Positions 12,456 to 24,795 are shown, counted from the stretch's first letter. The stretch is DNA of 64,000 nt from Fimicolochytrium jonesii (GCF_025526975.1 NW_026515676.1:248001-312000); one strand, 5' to 3'. Numbers and translations are program-made. Notes: generated from the letters alone by a model not told the origin.

Positions 12456-12744
12456 TGAGGTGCGTGGTGGCTGGGGCGGGTGCGGGGAGGGTGGTTGAGG
12501 GGACGACGGGTTTGCCCGGGAGGGCAGCGATGGCGTCCAGATATGCCTGCGCGCGCCCACACTTATTGCAGGCCGCCCTGGCTGTCTTGACGTTGTTCAC
12601 AATGCCCGTTCGCCACGCGGCGGACGTCCGAGCCCCGCAAACAACGCATACTCCTCCAGGAGCAAGGCAGGAGTAGTTTCGGTCGTCCCTACCCCTCCCT
12701 GCTCCAGCACCAGATTGAGTTCGGCGTGGGGGCGCTTTGGGCAT
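12456..12744 (-). CDS. N-terminal GATA-like zinc-finger coding segment (probable 5' part of the Fanzor chimera)
   Basis: ATG at 12744 (MPKAPPRR) then CVVC-x22-CNKCG containing T..WRxG, a GATA-like signature with a longer than usual spacer. It is preceded by an (ACA)n-rich leader. Confidence 0.65.
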
Positions 12745-13081
12745 GGTTGTTGTCGTTGTTGTCGTTGTTGTTGTGTTGTCGTTGTTGTTGTTGCTGTGTC
12801 GGGGTGTGGAACTCGGCGTGTGCTGGGGTTGGAAGAAGAGAGCGCGAGGAGGAGGTCTCAGAGACAGGGACCGCAAAAGTAGGTAGGTTTGACAGTATTT
12901 GGACAGTGTAGGCATATATATACAGTGTAGGCATATACGGTACAGGTGGCCAAAAGAGCTATTCGCTGGTCTATGAGTCGAATTCATCATTAGATCTATG
13001 TACTGTATGTATTACTGCATTTCTACTTGACATTTCTATGGCCATCTACGTTCTAAAATCTACATATACCGTGGCCGAGAG

Positions 13082-14077
13082 CTACATATACCGTTTATCA
13101 ACCCATGCCGTGCCGTTCAACACCTTGGTAATCGTATACTGCGACAATTCCTTCGTCGCCAGCCGTCTCGAGAACCCAGCCCGCTTCTGCTTTCGCGCGC
13201 CAACGCCCTTGTTGTTATACTCATAGAACTGCAAGTTCTCCACCGGATCGGTCGGTCTCCACCGCGCCCATCCCTCCGGGTTGACCACATCAGACAGGTT
13301 CGAGTTCATAAACAGGACGTGTGCGAACGTCCGCCACGGCCGGCCAAGGAAGACACCGCCCTTAACCGTCGGCACCGCCTTCTTCGCCGCGGCAACCGTA
13401 CACTGATTGAACACATACACGCCCCGATTCTGCGCCGAGTCCACCCCGGACGCCGTCACCCAGCCCTTATCCAACGACCGCATATCGCATTTCTGAAAGT
13501 ACGCGCGGGAGCGTTGTCCGAAGATATAATCCGTCCGGCCCTCGATGTACGTCTTTCCGAAGAAATGGTGGCCTGCGTTGGTGAGGAGCGTGTCCTGGTA
13601 TCCCAGCAACTGACACCCATAATACGCCTGCCGATCGTCCTGCGCAGACACTGCGATAGCCTGTGATCCAACCCACTCGTTGCGGATGTTGACGTTGTAC
13701 ACTGCGAAATCCTTCAGATGCGCCTGCAGGGTTCCGCTTTTGTCGTTGCTTCCCACCGTCGACGCGGGCTGCTTGTAGGTGATCAACACCTGGTTGGATT
13801 TGTAGTCTGCGTCGTGGCGGGAGTATCCGATGATGGTTAAGGGTGCCTTGCGATTGATCACGACCTGCTCGCGGTAGACGCCGGGGTAGATGAAGAGGGT
13901 GGCGGGTTTATCGGCGGGAAGGGCTTGGATGGCTGAAGAGACTGTGGGGAAGGTTTTCGTGGTGCCTTTTGGGGTTTTGGAGACGATGAAGGCGCCCGGC
14001 GGTGGGTTGGTGACGGCGGAGACGCCGACGGAGGTACAGAGCAGGGCGAGGAGGGTGGTTTGGGTTATTGAGACCAT
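13082..14077 (-). CDS. Secreted pectin methylesterase (carbohydrate esterase family 8), intronless
   Basis: Signal peptide plus CE8 motifs PGVYREQV, QAIAV, GYQDTL, IEGRTDYIFG, FLGRPW and FYEYNNKGVGA. Confidence 0.95.
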   Translation of the reverse strand: MVSITQTTLLALLCTSVGVSAVTNPPPGAFIVSKTPKGTTKTFPTVSSAIQALPADKPATLFIYPGVYREQVVINRKAPLTIIGYSRHDADYKSNQVLITYKQPASTVGSNDKSGTLQAHLKDFAVYNVNIRNEWVGSQAIAVSAQDDRQAYYGCQLLGYQDTLLTNAGHHFFGKTYIEGRTDYIFGQRSRAYFQKCDMRSLDKGWVTASGVDSAQNRGVYVFNQCTVAAAKKAVPTVKGGVFLGRPWRTFAHVLFMNSNLSDVVNPEGWARWRPTDPVENLQFYEYNNKGVGARKQKRAGFSRRLATKELSQYTITKVLNGTAWVDKRYM

Positions 14078-15333
14078 GGTTGCGAAGTGAGGGGGGTATG
14101 TTGGGAACAGAATGTGTTGGAGGTTGGGAGGGGCATGCTTCTCGGGTACTCTCTTATATCATTTTCTCGCCTGGTAATGATTTTGGCCAGGATGCGAACT
14201 TTATCACGTTCATGTCCGATCTCGTGCGTTGGGGATGCAAGCAGAGAACGCTCGCTGACAGGTTCGTCCAAACGCCCACCTCAAATTTGTCTGGTCGGGA
14301 TCTCTTAGATGCCGTCAATTTGAGTGCAACACGCGCGTAGGGGGCCTGTCAGATGATACCAAAAACTATCTGTTTACCGACCCCCCCTTTCTCTGCACGC
14401 TCATTGGTGAAACATGAAAGCTCATCCAATGCCCATCAGCGCCAACTCCGCTCCGTCAAACCTTGAAAAACATTCCTGGGCGATTGGATTGTTTTTTTTT
14501 GTTCCGGCAGCCAGACAAACGAAATGTTGGGCCAAACGTAAATGCGTGGCGAAATCTATACCATCAGGGCCACGAAAATGAAAGACGGGCATCAAAGCGA
14601 AGCTTCTTTTTTGAAACAGGACACGAAGCCGGGTGACCAATGCGCAAAGGAAGAAAGTACATTGATCTTATGAAAGAGAAAGCGTTCAACACCAAGGAAC
14701 GTTGCCGATATATTCGCGCGCAGTCTGCGTCTCGGCACGGTCTACGAGACACTCACAGATTTCAAAGAGCTCCTCCGTTGACACTGAACGGCGCGGGTGA
14801 TGTACACTCGCTTTCAAAACACCGCAAACGGATATTGGCGACGCACAACAATAAGAAGCTCGGCAGGAGTCATCTCTTCAGAATACTTACAATGAGTGTC
14901 GAATGTGGACGGATGCTCCTCGCTAATGACGAATAAACCTGCAGTGTAACTTTATTGGATTTTAACTTGCTAATCGGCTTCCAACGTACCTGACATGTAC
15001 AATAAGCAATCAGTAACCTGAATAGATACCGATCCACGGTCCCTCCGTTCCAGGCTCCGTCATTCCGGAACGTGGCGCCAACTATGGCGTATACGATCAT
15101 ACGATTTCCCACAAGTGCCAGTGCTAGGCAATCCAAAGGGACCAAAGGGGCAGCTTTGGTGAGCCAAAGAGCTCTCGAAGAATCTGAAATGTGAACAACG
15201 ATCATATATATGAGACTTAGCAAACCACCCACCCCGCTCCAGCGCCTCGCATATGTGAGAAAAAAAACCGGCCGGGTGCTGTCAGTTAGCCCCACCGACG
15301 CCCATAACATCCAACCTCGGGCTCTGCGCAAAA

Positions 15334-16396
15334 ATGATCAAACCCTTCAGCAGCTGCTGGCTCGACAGCATCGACACGGGCATGAACTGGGTGCAGCTCG
15401 TCGGATGCACGATGGTCATGTATGGGTACCTCATCTCGAACCGGCGAGGTAGGGAAGCAAACTGTTGATCTCAATATTGATAGCAATTGAGTTAACGACT
15501 TATCTCTAAAATGATCTGGCTAAGGACTATGGACGATCGTGCTCGCGCATGGCGCGGCGGGGTTTTTGGGGACCATCATGGAGAGTGCGTTTATTGCGAA
15601 TGACAAATGTGAGGGGGCGACGAGGGTTGGGTTGATTTTGGGTAGGTTGTGATGTTTGCGTTTGGATTGAACAGTGCCGCATTATTGACGCATTGCACTC
15701 GCAACAGGGTTCAACGAGCTGAACTGGATCACGAACGAAATCGCCACCGTCTACTACTCCCTCTGCAAGATCGAAGTCATCATAACCCAAGACACGTACC
15801 GCCGCTACCTGCGCTACTTCATGGGCGTCCTCGCGCTCATCTTCACCGGGTTCCGCATGAACATCGGCATCCTGCGCGTGCGCGACAACGTCACGGGCAA
15901 CCCCGCCATCTCCGAAGCGCACAGCTGGGCGTTTATCATCTGGGGCATCGCGGACCTGCTCATTTTCTTCATGCTGGTCGGCAAAACCTACATGGATATC
16001 CACGACGCGAAGCAGCAGCAGAATATCCGTGGCGCGGGCGATCTGATCATGACGCTGATGAAATCGTCGTTGTTGCGGTTGATTATTATCTGCGCGAATA
16101 CGCTTGCGATTGTGGTTGTCGGGCAGATCAAGAACCCGACGCCGACGTTGGCGGGGTTCAACCAGTTTTTGTGGATGATCAAGGGCACGTATCCGATAAT
16201 TCTGCTGTTTGATATTTTGACGACGCAGGCGATTATTAAGACCACGGTGAATTCGAGGGTGAAGAGCCAGAATTCCGCGTCGGACAAATCAAAGAACGCC
16301 GCGAGTGATCGGAAGTTGGTCGTGCAGCCGGGCGTCGTGGGGTCGAGCAGGATTGATGGAGTGGGGCTGAAGTCGAAGGGTTCGAATATGGTCTGA
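15334..16396 (+). CDS. Orphan multi-pass (6-7 TM) membrane protein, spliced
   Basis: MIKPFSSCW start. Hydrophobic segments WVQLVGCTMVMYGYLI, LWTIVLAHGAAGFWGTIM, FNELNWITNEIATVYYSLCKI, FMGVLALIFTGFRMNIG, WAFIIWGIADLLIFFMLV, LLRLIIICANTLAIVVVG and FLWMIKGTYPIILLFDIL, then an S/K-rich tail. Confidence 0.7.
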
Positions 16397-16749
16397 GCTT
16401 GAGCTTTGAGACACGAAAGGGATGAAAGCTGGCTTTTGGGCGAGAGTATAGTGCGATCGGATTTGAATAACATCCGATGCGTCTTAGAGTTTGAGTTTTC
16501 GAAAGTCCCTAAGCTCTACATGTTGTAAAACAAGGTGGTCCCAAGGGCTACATACATCGAGGCTTATCTTGACTGGCCAGTGTTTTCTCATTCGGGCCAA
16601 ACTTTGTTGGATGCCAGTGCATAAGGGGATCCGCAGCACACGACCGCACCGTTTCGCTTCCGCTCGCACATCATACCACGGGGCTCACATCAGAGCAGCT
16701 TATTCGTCGAGCCATCGCTCCCTAACATCCCCGGCCCCATCCAACCAGT

Positions 16750-17836
16750 CTACTCCAACCCATGAGCCCTCAACCGCAACCCCAGACCCTCAACCTGCCT
16801 CTCCTTCAAGCTAACCAACTCCTCCAACCTCTCCACCTTGTGCTGCAGCATCCCCACCGTCTCGGTTAATTGCTGGATCTGTTGTTGTTGGTGGTGGTGT
16901 TGTGGTGAAACGGCATACCCCACATCTATTGGACCACCCATCTGCTGTGTGGTGTATGCATATCCGCTATCCCCGTGCGCGGGCGCGATCATGCCCCCTG
17001 CACCTACACCCAGATTCGCCTGTGAGTGTGCAGCATCCAAGGACGCCATTGACCCATTTGAGGAGTTGAGATGGGAGTAGGAATTGAGCGAGGAATGCGA
17101 CCGATGGTGCCGGGCGAGGTACGCCTCAATCTAAGCCCACGATATCTGTCAGTGAACCCACACGGAAAAGCTCACGCATACTTGTATACGCACATACCTT
17201 GTCCTTCAACCCCCGCAACACGCCCTCGACCACCCCCGGCGTGCATTTTACGATCGCTTCGGCTGTTGAGGTGTCTACCCTCAGTCCGAGGCGGCGAAAA
17301 ACTTTTTCTGGAAATAAAAATGCCCGCTCAGCTATTGTCCATGTGTCGGGTGCAAAGACGCAAAATGGGGCTTACGATCTAATGTAGCCCAATTGTACAA
17401 CTTTTGCTTGACTCCGTTTGCCGGGGGGTAGTTGTGCAAATCCACCAGTTTCGGGATGTAGTGGTGTATCACCTCCGCTGTTGCCACTGTATGTAGCAAA
17501 AAGGCATCATATGATAGTCAATCGTGCGATCCTTGAAAGCAAATATCAGAGACTGAAAATGGAAAACGCACCGCCATCACTGAAATCCCGTTGTATATTT
17601 CGTTTCGGGCGCGAGAGGGGGATGCTGTCGACCCAGGTGTATATTGCGTCGTTAGGGTCTTCTTCTTCCGTTGTCGTTGAAGAATTTACTGGTAGGGGAA
17701 GGACGGATGGCTGTGTTGTTGGATTCAATGGCAAGGCGGATGGGAAGGTGTTGGGGTTCTGCATGGGGTTGTGGTTGGGTAGGCTGAAAGGTGTGGGGTA
17801 GGCGGGTGGGTGTTGGTGGGTGTAGAGGGATGCCAT
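16750..17836 (-). CDS. SPEF1: Sperm flagellar protein 1 / CLAMP (CH-like domain plus C-terminal coiled coil)
   Basis: IYTWVDSIPLSRPKRNIQRDFSDG|VIHHYIPKLVDLHNYPPANGVKQKLYNWATLDR|KVFRRLG..VEGVL, and C-terminal LTETVGMLQHKVERLEELVSLKERQVEGL. Confidence 0.92.
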
Positions 17837-18348
17837 TGCTGAGGCTGGTTCGGATGATGGGTTGTTATGTGGCTCTGAAACAGCGGAAGGTATTGGGGTC
17901 GAAAACGATATCTGTGGTCTCCATAGTGTCAAAAGCGGGATTAGCTTTTTGGGTGGTGTCACGCGTTTCCGTCATTCTTGACGCGTTCAGCCCTTCGCCG
18001 TGAACAGAGAACGACAGAATCGGACAGTCAACACAATTTGGGCAAGACGTTGGTTTGCGGTTTTCCTTGCAACATAACGAAGAAGTCCTGTATATGAGAA
18101 CTGCTGCAGGTTCGCAAGGTACTCTGAATCTACAGGGCGGATCGCAGTACCGTGTGTTTCTGCGGTTTGAGTTGGCCCGTGGCGAAGCAACTCGCCGGCG
18201 AGCGTCGGATTGAATACCGTCGCTTGATTGTCGACATCGCTTTGAAAGTTACACTGATTGAGAAGTGGCGGTGGGCAGGATCGCTGACGCCCTACTGTCA
18301 AGTACCCCCAAACGCTCACTCCCCCGACCTCCTCCAACACAACCCACG

Positions 18349-21300
18349 ATGTCCTACTACTACCGCAACGCCGGCGACTCCTCCGAGCCCAGCACCCCCA
18401 CGCGCGACTACCTCACCGCCGACGCCCCCACCATCCCGCGCTCCCCCTCCGTGTCTTCCGTCTCCTCCATCCGCAGCTACCGCACTCGCCGCACCCACCG
18501 CGCCTCCCTCGCCACCATCAAGTCCTTCGCCTCCACCGAGTCCGCGTCTTTCCCCTCCGAAGAATCCCTCACGGAAGACGACGCCCGTATCGCACGCTCT
18601 AAACTTCAGGACCGCATGCGGGTGTACTACCAGACTCAAACCAACTTCAATGATTTGAGTGCTGAGGCGGTGGATGAGTTGTTTGATCTGGCACTCGCGG
18701 CAGGCTACGGGTCACAGGCAGCCCACCAGCGCACCTCCCTCAACGCCACCTCCAAAGCAGCCAAACTCAAGCTCATCCAGATTATCAACGCCGAAGACCA
18801 GCGCTCCCCACAAGGCGACTCTGAAAAACGACCCTCCTACTACGTCCAGTACCTCCTCTCCACCACCCAACATTCACAGCACAAGAAACGCGGGGAGAAG
18901 TTCTTGAATGCGATCTCGAGGAGTGTTACCGGGGGCCAAAGTAGACAGGGGGTTCTGGTCGGGGTGTTGGAGGAGCTATACAGGCAGTGTAGAAGCCAAC
19001 CGACGAGTTGGATGAATGATTTTGCGGCTTTGGGCGGGTGGGAGGCGTTAATTGGGGTGTTGAGGGGGGCTCATCGGAAGAATGATAGGTACTTTTGGGG
19101 TGCGCTCATGGAGTGGGATGCACGTGCGGCTAGAAAATGGCTGACGCTTTTCCACTGCCATTAGCAAAGGACGGCATTTCGAAGTCGAACGCAATGTATT
19201 GCAAGTATTGAAGATCCTGACGAACCAGCGAGTAAGTGATGGGTGAATCCTCTGTTCTCTCGAATCCCACATCACTGACACCGCATGTCCCACCAGAAAG
19301 GCATCCTGGTCCTCCTCTCCTCCCCCTCCTACCTGCGCACGATCGTCCTCTCTCTCGACTCCCCCCAGCTTGCCATCCGCACCACCGCAATCGACTTCCT
19401 GCTCTGCCTCGTCACCATCGAGTACCCGCGCGGGCACAAGCTGGTTATGGACGCCTTCAACCACTTTCGCGCGAGCCATGATGATTTGTATACGTTCGCA
19501 AGGCTGGTGGAGAGTTTGGAGTATTTGGTTTCGACTCGGGGCGTTTTTGGGACGGCTGTTGGGGCCAGAGTGGAGGGCGCGAGGGATCCGGGGTTGAGTT
19601 GGGGCGGGAGGGGGAAGGGGGATATGCAGAGAGAGATTAAAGGGTTTTTGGTATGTCCTGCGGTTTTACGGACGTGGGAAAGGAAGGGTTAAGCGGATGG
19701 TGATGGAATTTCTGATGGTGGATCCTCTTTCTGTAGGTTTCGGCGATAACGCTGCTCAAACTGGTTGTTCAAGTCCCCGACGAGCTGGAATACAGGATTC
19801 ATCTCCGCAACGAGTTGATGGCGTCGGGGTTTGGGCGTGTCCTGAAGGCAAGCAACCCCATTCGCTCCCGTGCATCAAGCCTCAACGTTTAACTAACCCA
19901 CACCCACCCCCTCAGCGCCTCCGAACCTGGGCCGCCTCCGAATTCTCCGAAATCCTCACGCATGTCGACCAATTCGAAGAGCAAGCCGCGCGCGACCACC
20001 AAGACTTCGCCGACGATCTCGAAAACGTCACTAGCCTCGACTTGCAGGACCCGTACGGTATCCTGGACGCGCTGATGGGCTCTGTGTGTACGACGGAGCA
20101 GGATGGTGGCAGGGATTATGTGTTGAGCATTTTGCAGCATTTGCTGATTCCGGCGAGGTTGATTGATGCGCCGTCGAGGTATGTTGTTGTTGTTGAACGA
20201 GGATATGGGGAAAGGCAGGCGTGCGGGCTAATGATGGGCGGTTTGTTTGTAGAGCGAAAGTATTCCGCCTCCTCGACCTCATGATTTCGCAAGTCGTGCT
20301 GGATCGCAACGGGATGGACCCCAGCTTTACGGACATGTACCGGGTGTCGATCGAGGAAGTGATGGAAGGGATCTCGGAGGAGATCAGCTCCGAGAATGAG
20401 TTGCTGAAGGCGAAGCTGGTGCAGTCGAAGATGACGAGGTCTGAGAGTAGGGATAAGTTTGGTGAGTTGCGCGACGGCTGGGTTTAACCATCCACTTCAT
20501 ACTCTCGTCTTGGGGTGGTGACATGCGGAATGTAGGTTGTTGATGTGCTGTGATTGTTTCTCTCAGGACCATCGGGATCACGAAAAGTCTCCTCCGCCTG
20601 GGACGGCGGACCTCCGCGCTTCGGGGATAACAACCTCCTAGATCTAAAACGGCAGCTCGACGGCGACTCAGCGGCACATAAGAAGAGTCTCGAAGACCAT
20701 CTGAAGGTACAGGACCCTCAGTCGCACGGTTGAGCAAGCACCACGCTGACCATATCATTCACCACAGGACCTAGAAGACATCCTCAAAGTGATCCAAGAG
20801 AACGGCATAGAAGGCCGTGTGGACTCGGCTTATGGGTCGCATAACGATGTGTCAAGTGGCCAGCCCGGGTCATCAGATTCCACCACTACCACAACAACAG
20901 CAGCCGCCCTGCCCGGAACGCAAATGCCACCCCCACCCCACCCGCTAGCCCCCATGTTAAGCGAACCGGTCATCTTCACTCCGCCCCTCTCCGCACAGAC
21001 CAGCGCAGCGTCATTAAATATCGGACCCCTGTCTGCCCAAACCAGCACTGCGAGCTTGTTGACTGATCCCGCGCAACCACCACCGCCACCAGGGACGGTC
21101 GGGCCGCCCCCGCCGCCTCCCGTTTTGGGCGGTCCGCCCCCGCCCGGTCCACCGCCGCCCCCTGGGCCCGGACCGCCACCGCCGCCGGGGCCGCCTCCAC
21201 CGGGCGGGTTTGGGTTGCTCCCACGTAAGCCTCTGAGCCGCCTTCCCAGTTTCACATCTTTCCTTCGCTTAACACGTCTTTCCTTCGCTTAACACACAAA

Positions 21301-23557
21301 CGCAGCCCCCAAAAACACCCGCCCCCAAAAGTATCGCCCCAAAACCCCCGTCCGCAGATTCGCGTGGGAAAAAGTCTCCGAATCCGACGCCAAAGAGTGC
21401 ATCTGGGGGCGGAAAGCGCAGCTCAAGAAGGAAGCTGAGTCTCACACTTCCCCGGATGAGAACCCCGACGATGGTGATGCATCACCGGGCACGAAGGACA
21501 TGGAAGACCAGGCGGAGCAACTGGGCGTGTTCGAGGAGGTCGAGTCGCTGTTTGCGGTCCGGAAAGTGAAAGAGGATGAAGCGGTGAAGGCGGTGGTTGT
21601 GAAGGAGATGTCGGTGATTGATCCGAAGAAGGCGCAGAGTTTGGGTATGTTTGTTACATCGCCCCCCCCCCCCCCCCCCCCCCCGTATGGTTGCGGTTCA
21701 TACGTCGGCGTGTTCTTAGTTTTTCGATCGCATGCTAGGCATCTTCCTGTCCGCCGGCGATACGAAAAACTTCACCCCGCTCGACTGGCGCAAAGCCGTT
21801 CTGGCGGCCGATCCGGTGATCATGACGGAGCGGGTTACCACCTCGTTGCTGGAGAATGCCCTGACGAAGGACGATGTATGTGTTTGCTTGTCATGGCATT
21901 CTGATACACTTCTCAGATTTACTGACTTATAATGCAGATCGCGGCGCTGAAGGCTGTTGATATGAGCACCGGGCCAAAACTCGCTAAAATGGATTTGTTC
22001 TTGCTCGAGGTACGCATTCCCTCTCCCGCCCTTGGGCCCCTGTTCATGGACCTATCCCTAACGGTATCACGGTATCTTTCACCTCCATTGCCCCGCCATC
22101 CTTTGTAGATGATGAAAATCGACCGCTGTGCCGATCGCCTCAAAGCGATGAAATGCCGCGCGCAGTTCGGGGAGCGGTGTGATAAATTGTACCAGGTACA
22201 ACTAAACCAACCCAGGAACCATTAGCCGGCTTGGTCTCACACGCTAACATCCGTTTCGTTGTTGTCTTTTTTAGGATGTGATGACTGCGTATGAGGGGTT
22301 TGATGCGTTGCAGACTTCGGACGCTTTTGCTGATTTGTTGGAGGTAGCCAGTCTGAAAATGGGAGGCCTGTTTGGCCTGTGCCGGTTCTCACCAACCCAC
22401 TATTCTCAAATAGTTGATCCTCCTCATCGGAAACTACCTCAATTCGGGCTCACTCTCCGGCGGCGCGCACGGGTTCCGGATCAAGAACATCAACAGGGTA
22501 GGTCCCCGAACGTCTCACCTGCCCACCTCCCCACCATCCACATCTCTAACTGTGATGTTGTATGATGTGATGTATAGTTGGAAGGCACAAAAGGCGTAAC
22601 GAAATCCTCGCTCCTCCATTTCATCGCGGACACGGTCGAGACCAAGTTTCCGCACATGCGTGATTTCCTGGACGATTTGAAAATCGTTTATAGGGCTCAG
22701 AGGAGTATGTCTTCCTTTTCACACGGCGGCGTGGGATGCTTAAACGACATGGAGGACTAACCATAGCCTTCACCCACACAGTCGACTTGGATGCTCTGAG
22801 GCAGGGTATCCGAGATCTCCGAGTGGAGATGGAGGAAACGCGGGAGATTGTGAATTCCATCAAACCGTCGCCCACCGTTACCGAAAACGGCGTAGAGATG
22901 CCCGACCGCTTCAGCGCTGAAATGGCCGCCTTCATGAAAGACTCCACGCAGAGATACGACGCGCTCTCCGAAGCGCACACCAAGATGCTGAAATCGTTCG
23001 AAGACGCCGTGGTGTTCTACGGCGAGGACCCGGCACTCACGAAACCGGAGGACTTTCTCCCCGTGTTCACGACGTTCATGGACAGCTACACGGTCGCGTC
23101 GGCCGAGAACAAAGTGGTCCGGGACCGCAAAGAGCGGGATGAGAAGCGGCGGAAGGCAGAAGAGGAGCGTTTGTCCAAACGGCGGAAGAGTAAAGCGGCG
23201 ACTACGGAGATGTTTGCGTTGCCGAGCTTGCCGACGCTTGGGGCGGGGGATGAGGGGGATGATGGGGAGGCTGGCGGTGGGTTTGGGCTTGGAATGGATG
23301 ATTTGTTGGAGTCGCTGAAGCGCGGGACGGGGAGTGGTGGAGGTGGTGCGGGTGGGAATAGTGGTGGAAAGACGGCGCCGCCGCCACGACGCAGTTCGCG
23401 ACGGAGGTCGAGCGGTGGGTCGAGTCGGCAGCGGAGTCGGAGTCGGAAGGCGAGTGGGGCGAGTTTGTCAGAGACGGTGAGGGAGGCGTTGGGGTTGGCG
23501 TTGCTGAGGGAGGAGAGTGAGGGCGTCTTGGGGAGGGAAGAGGGGGGTGAGGAGTGA
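18349..23557 (+). CDS. Diaphanous-related formin (GBD/FH3, FH1, FH2, DAD), multi-exon
   Basis: GBD/FH3 (CRSQPTSWMNDFAALGG, GHKLVMDAFNHF), polyproline FH1 at about 21070-21200, FH2 (ILLIGNYLNSG..GAHGFRI, SLLHFI, FYGEDP..PEDFL) and DAD-like MDDLLESLKRG. Confidence 0.93.
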
Positions 23558-24287
23558 GTTGCGAAACCTCCTATATCGAAAGTTTTTGCGGGCGGTGACA
23601 TTGCACGACTCGTGCCAGATGCGCGCTTCGCAGGAGGATTCGAACGATGCTGGCAGTTGCACATACCACTTCTCATGAGTGTATGTACTATTTCTCATGT
23701 GTATGTATACACTGACCTATATGCGGCTCATTTCTCATGATGTGCATCTACAAGAATGCTCCTTTGCGTACTCCTTCCACATTCGCCCCAACTAACCCAG
23801 CATTCGAGGCAACACCAGTTACCGGAACAAAATCCTGGCGCATCCGTAGGTGGGAACCCAAGATGGAACCAGTACTGCCAGGTATGGCCACAGCGCCAAA
23901 TCTAGTAAGGCTTCTGAACCTGTTGTTGAAATATCCCATGTTCCTATTGAACACGTTAACGGGCCAGGAACCTGCTGACGAGCCTTCCATCGACAGCAGA
24001 CCTCATTGAACTTACGAGGCCGCTCAAAACTTGCTCCGTCCAGTCCAGGCAGAATGCGCAACCCTCGAAATTGCGGCCCAAGTACTCCTCCGTGCCCGGA
24101 ATTTTCGAGGGTGCCACAGCCTATGTTATGTGCGCTCGACACATCGAGCACGAGATGCTAGTAGAGCTCTGTATCAGCGTCTTGCGGATTCGGTTTCCGT
24201 CGCGAATGTGAGGGCCCGCTTGTCGGGAGGGAGGTGATGGGTTGGTGATGGGTTTCCGGCAAGGAACAGCTGCGAGCTATATATGTA

Positions 24288-24415
24288 CAGTCACCTCGCA
24301 AAACTCTGTACCCCCCCCCTGAAATAAATCAGCGACTGCCGCGACGCCAAATTCACGTGAGTGACCAATATTGATTTCAATTAGAGGGGGGGTACAGAGT
24401 TTTGCGAGGTGACTG
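24288..24415. mobile_element. 128-bp Tc1/mariner-type MITE
   Basis: Perfect 30-bp TIRs CAGTCACCTCGCAAAACTCTGTACCCCCCC (24288-24317, 24386-24415), CAGT..ACTG ends, TA on both flanks. Confidence 0.9.
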
Positions 24416-24795
24416 TACAGTAAGTGATGTTCTCCGTCTGCCCGTCGAGAAACGCGTGAGGTGAGCGCGTCGGGGTTTCCAGCGCCCTCCCACTCCCTCC
24501 CACGAACAGCCCTCGTATGCACGCCATCTCCTACTAACCATCGTCGTGAACAAACACTACAACGAATACATAGTGGCGCCTCATACCCAGTCTCTCCGCG
24601 CCCTCCTCCAAAGAAAGCCCCAACTTCCAACAGTCTGCACCGAAAAACAAAAAACCCCCTTAACGCAGAAACCTTCCCAGAAAAACGAAAACAGAGTTCG
24701 TATTCCCCCGCCCTAATCTCTATAAAGTCTACCCAAGTCCAAAAAGGTCTCTAACCAACCCCGCACATCCTCCTCGCACATCGCAACCCCCGCCC

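Noticed and set aside
12030..12676. Plus-strand Gly-rich ORFs (GGDGGLA, AETGGWR repeats) as collagen-like genes
   Set aside because: They are antisense readings of the 21-bp minisatellite. Splice signals and domain homology are on the minus strand.
10885..12937. TIR pair flanking the Fanzor (ATACCTACAC vs GTGTAGGCAT)
   Set aside because: Only 9 of 10 bp match with no extension or clear TSD, which is expected by chance.
14339..14400. Harbinger-like left TIR starting GGGGCCTGTC
   Set aside because: No matching right TIR was found nearby.
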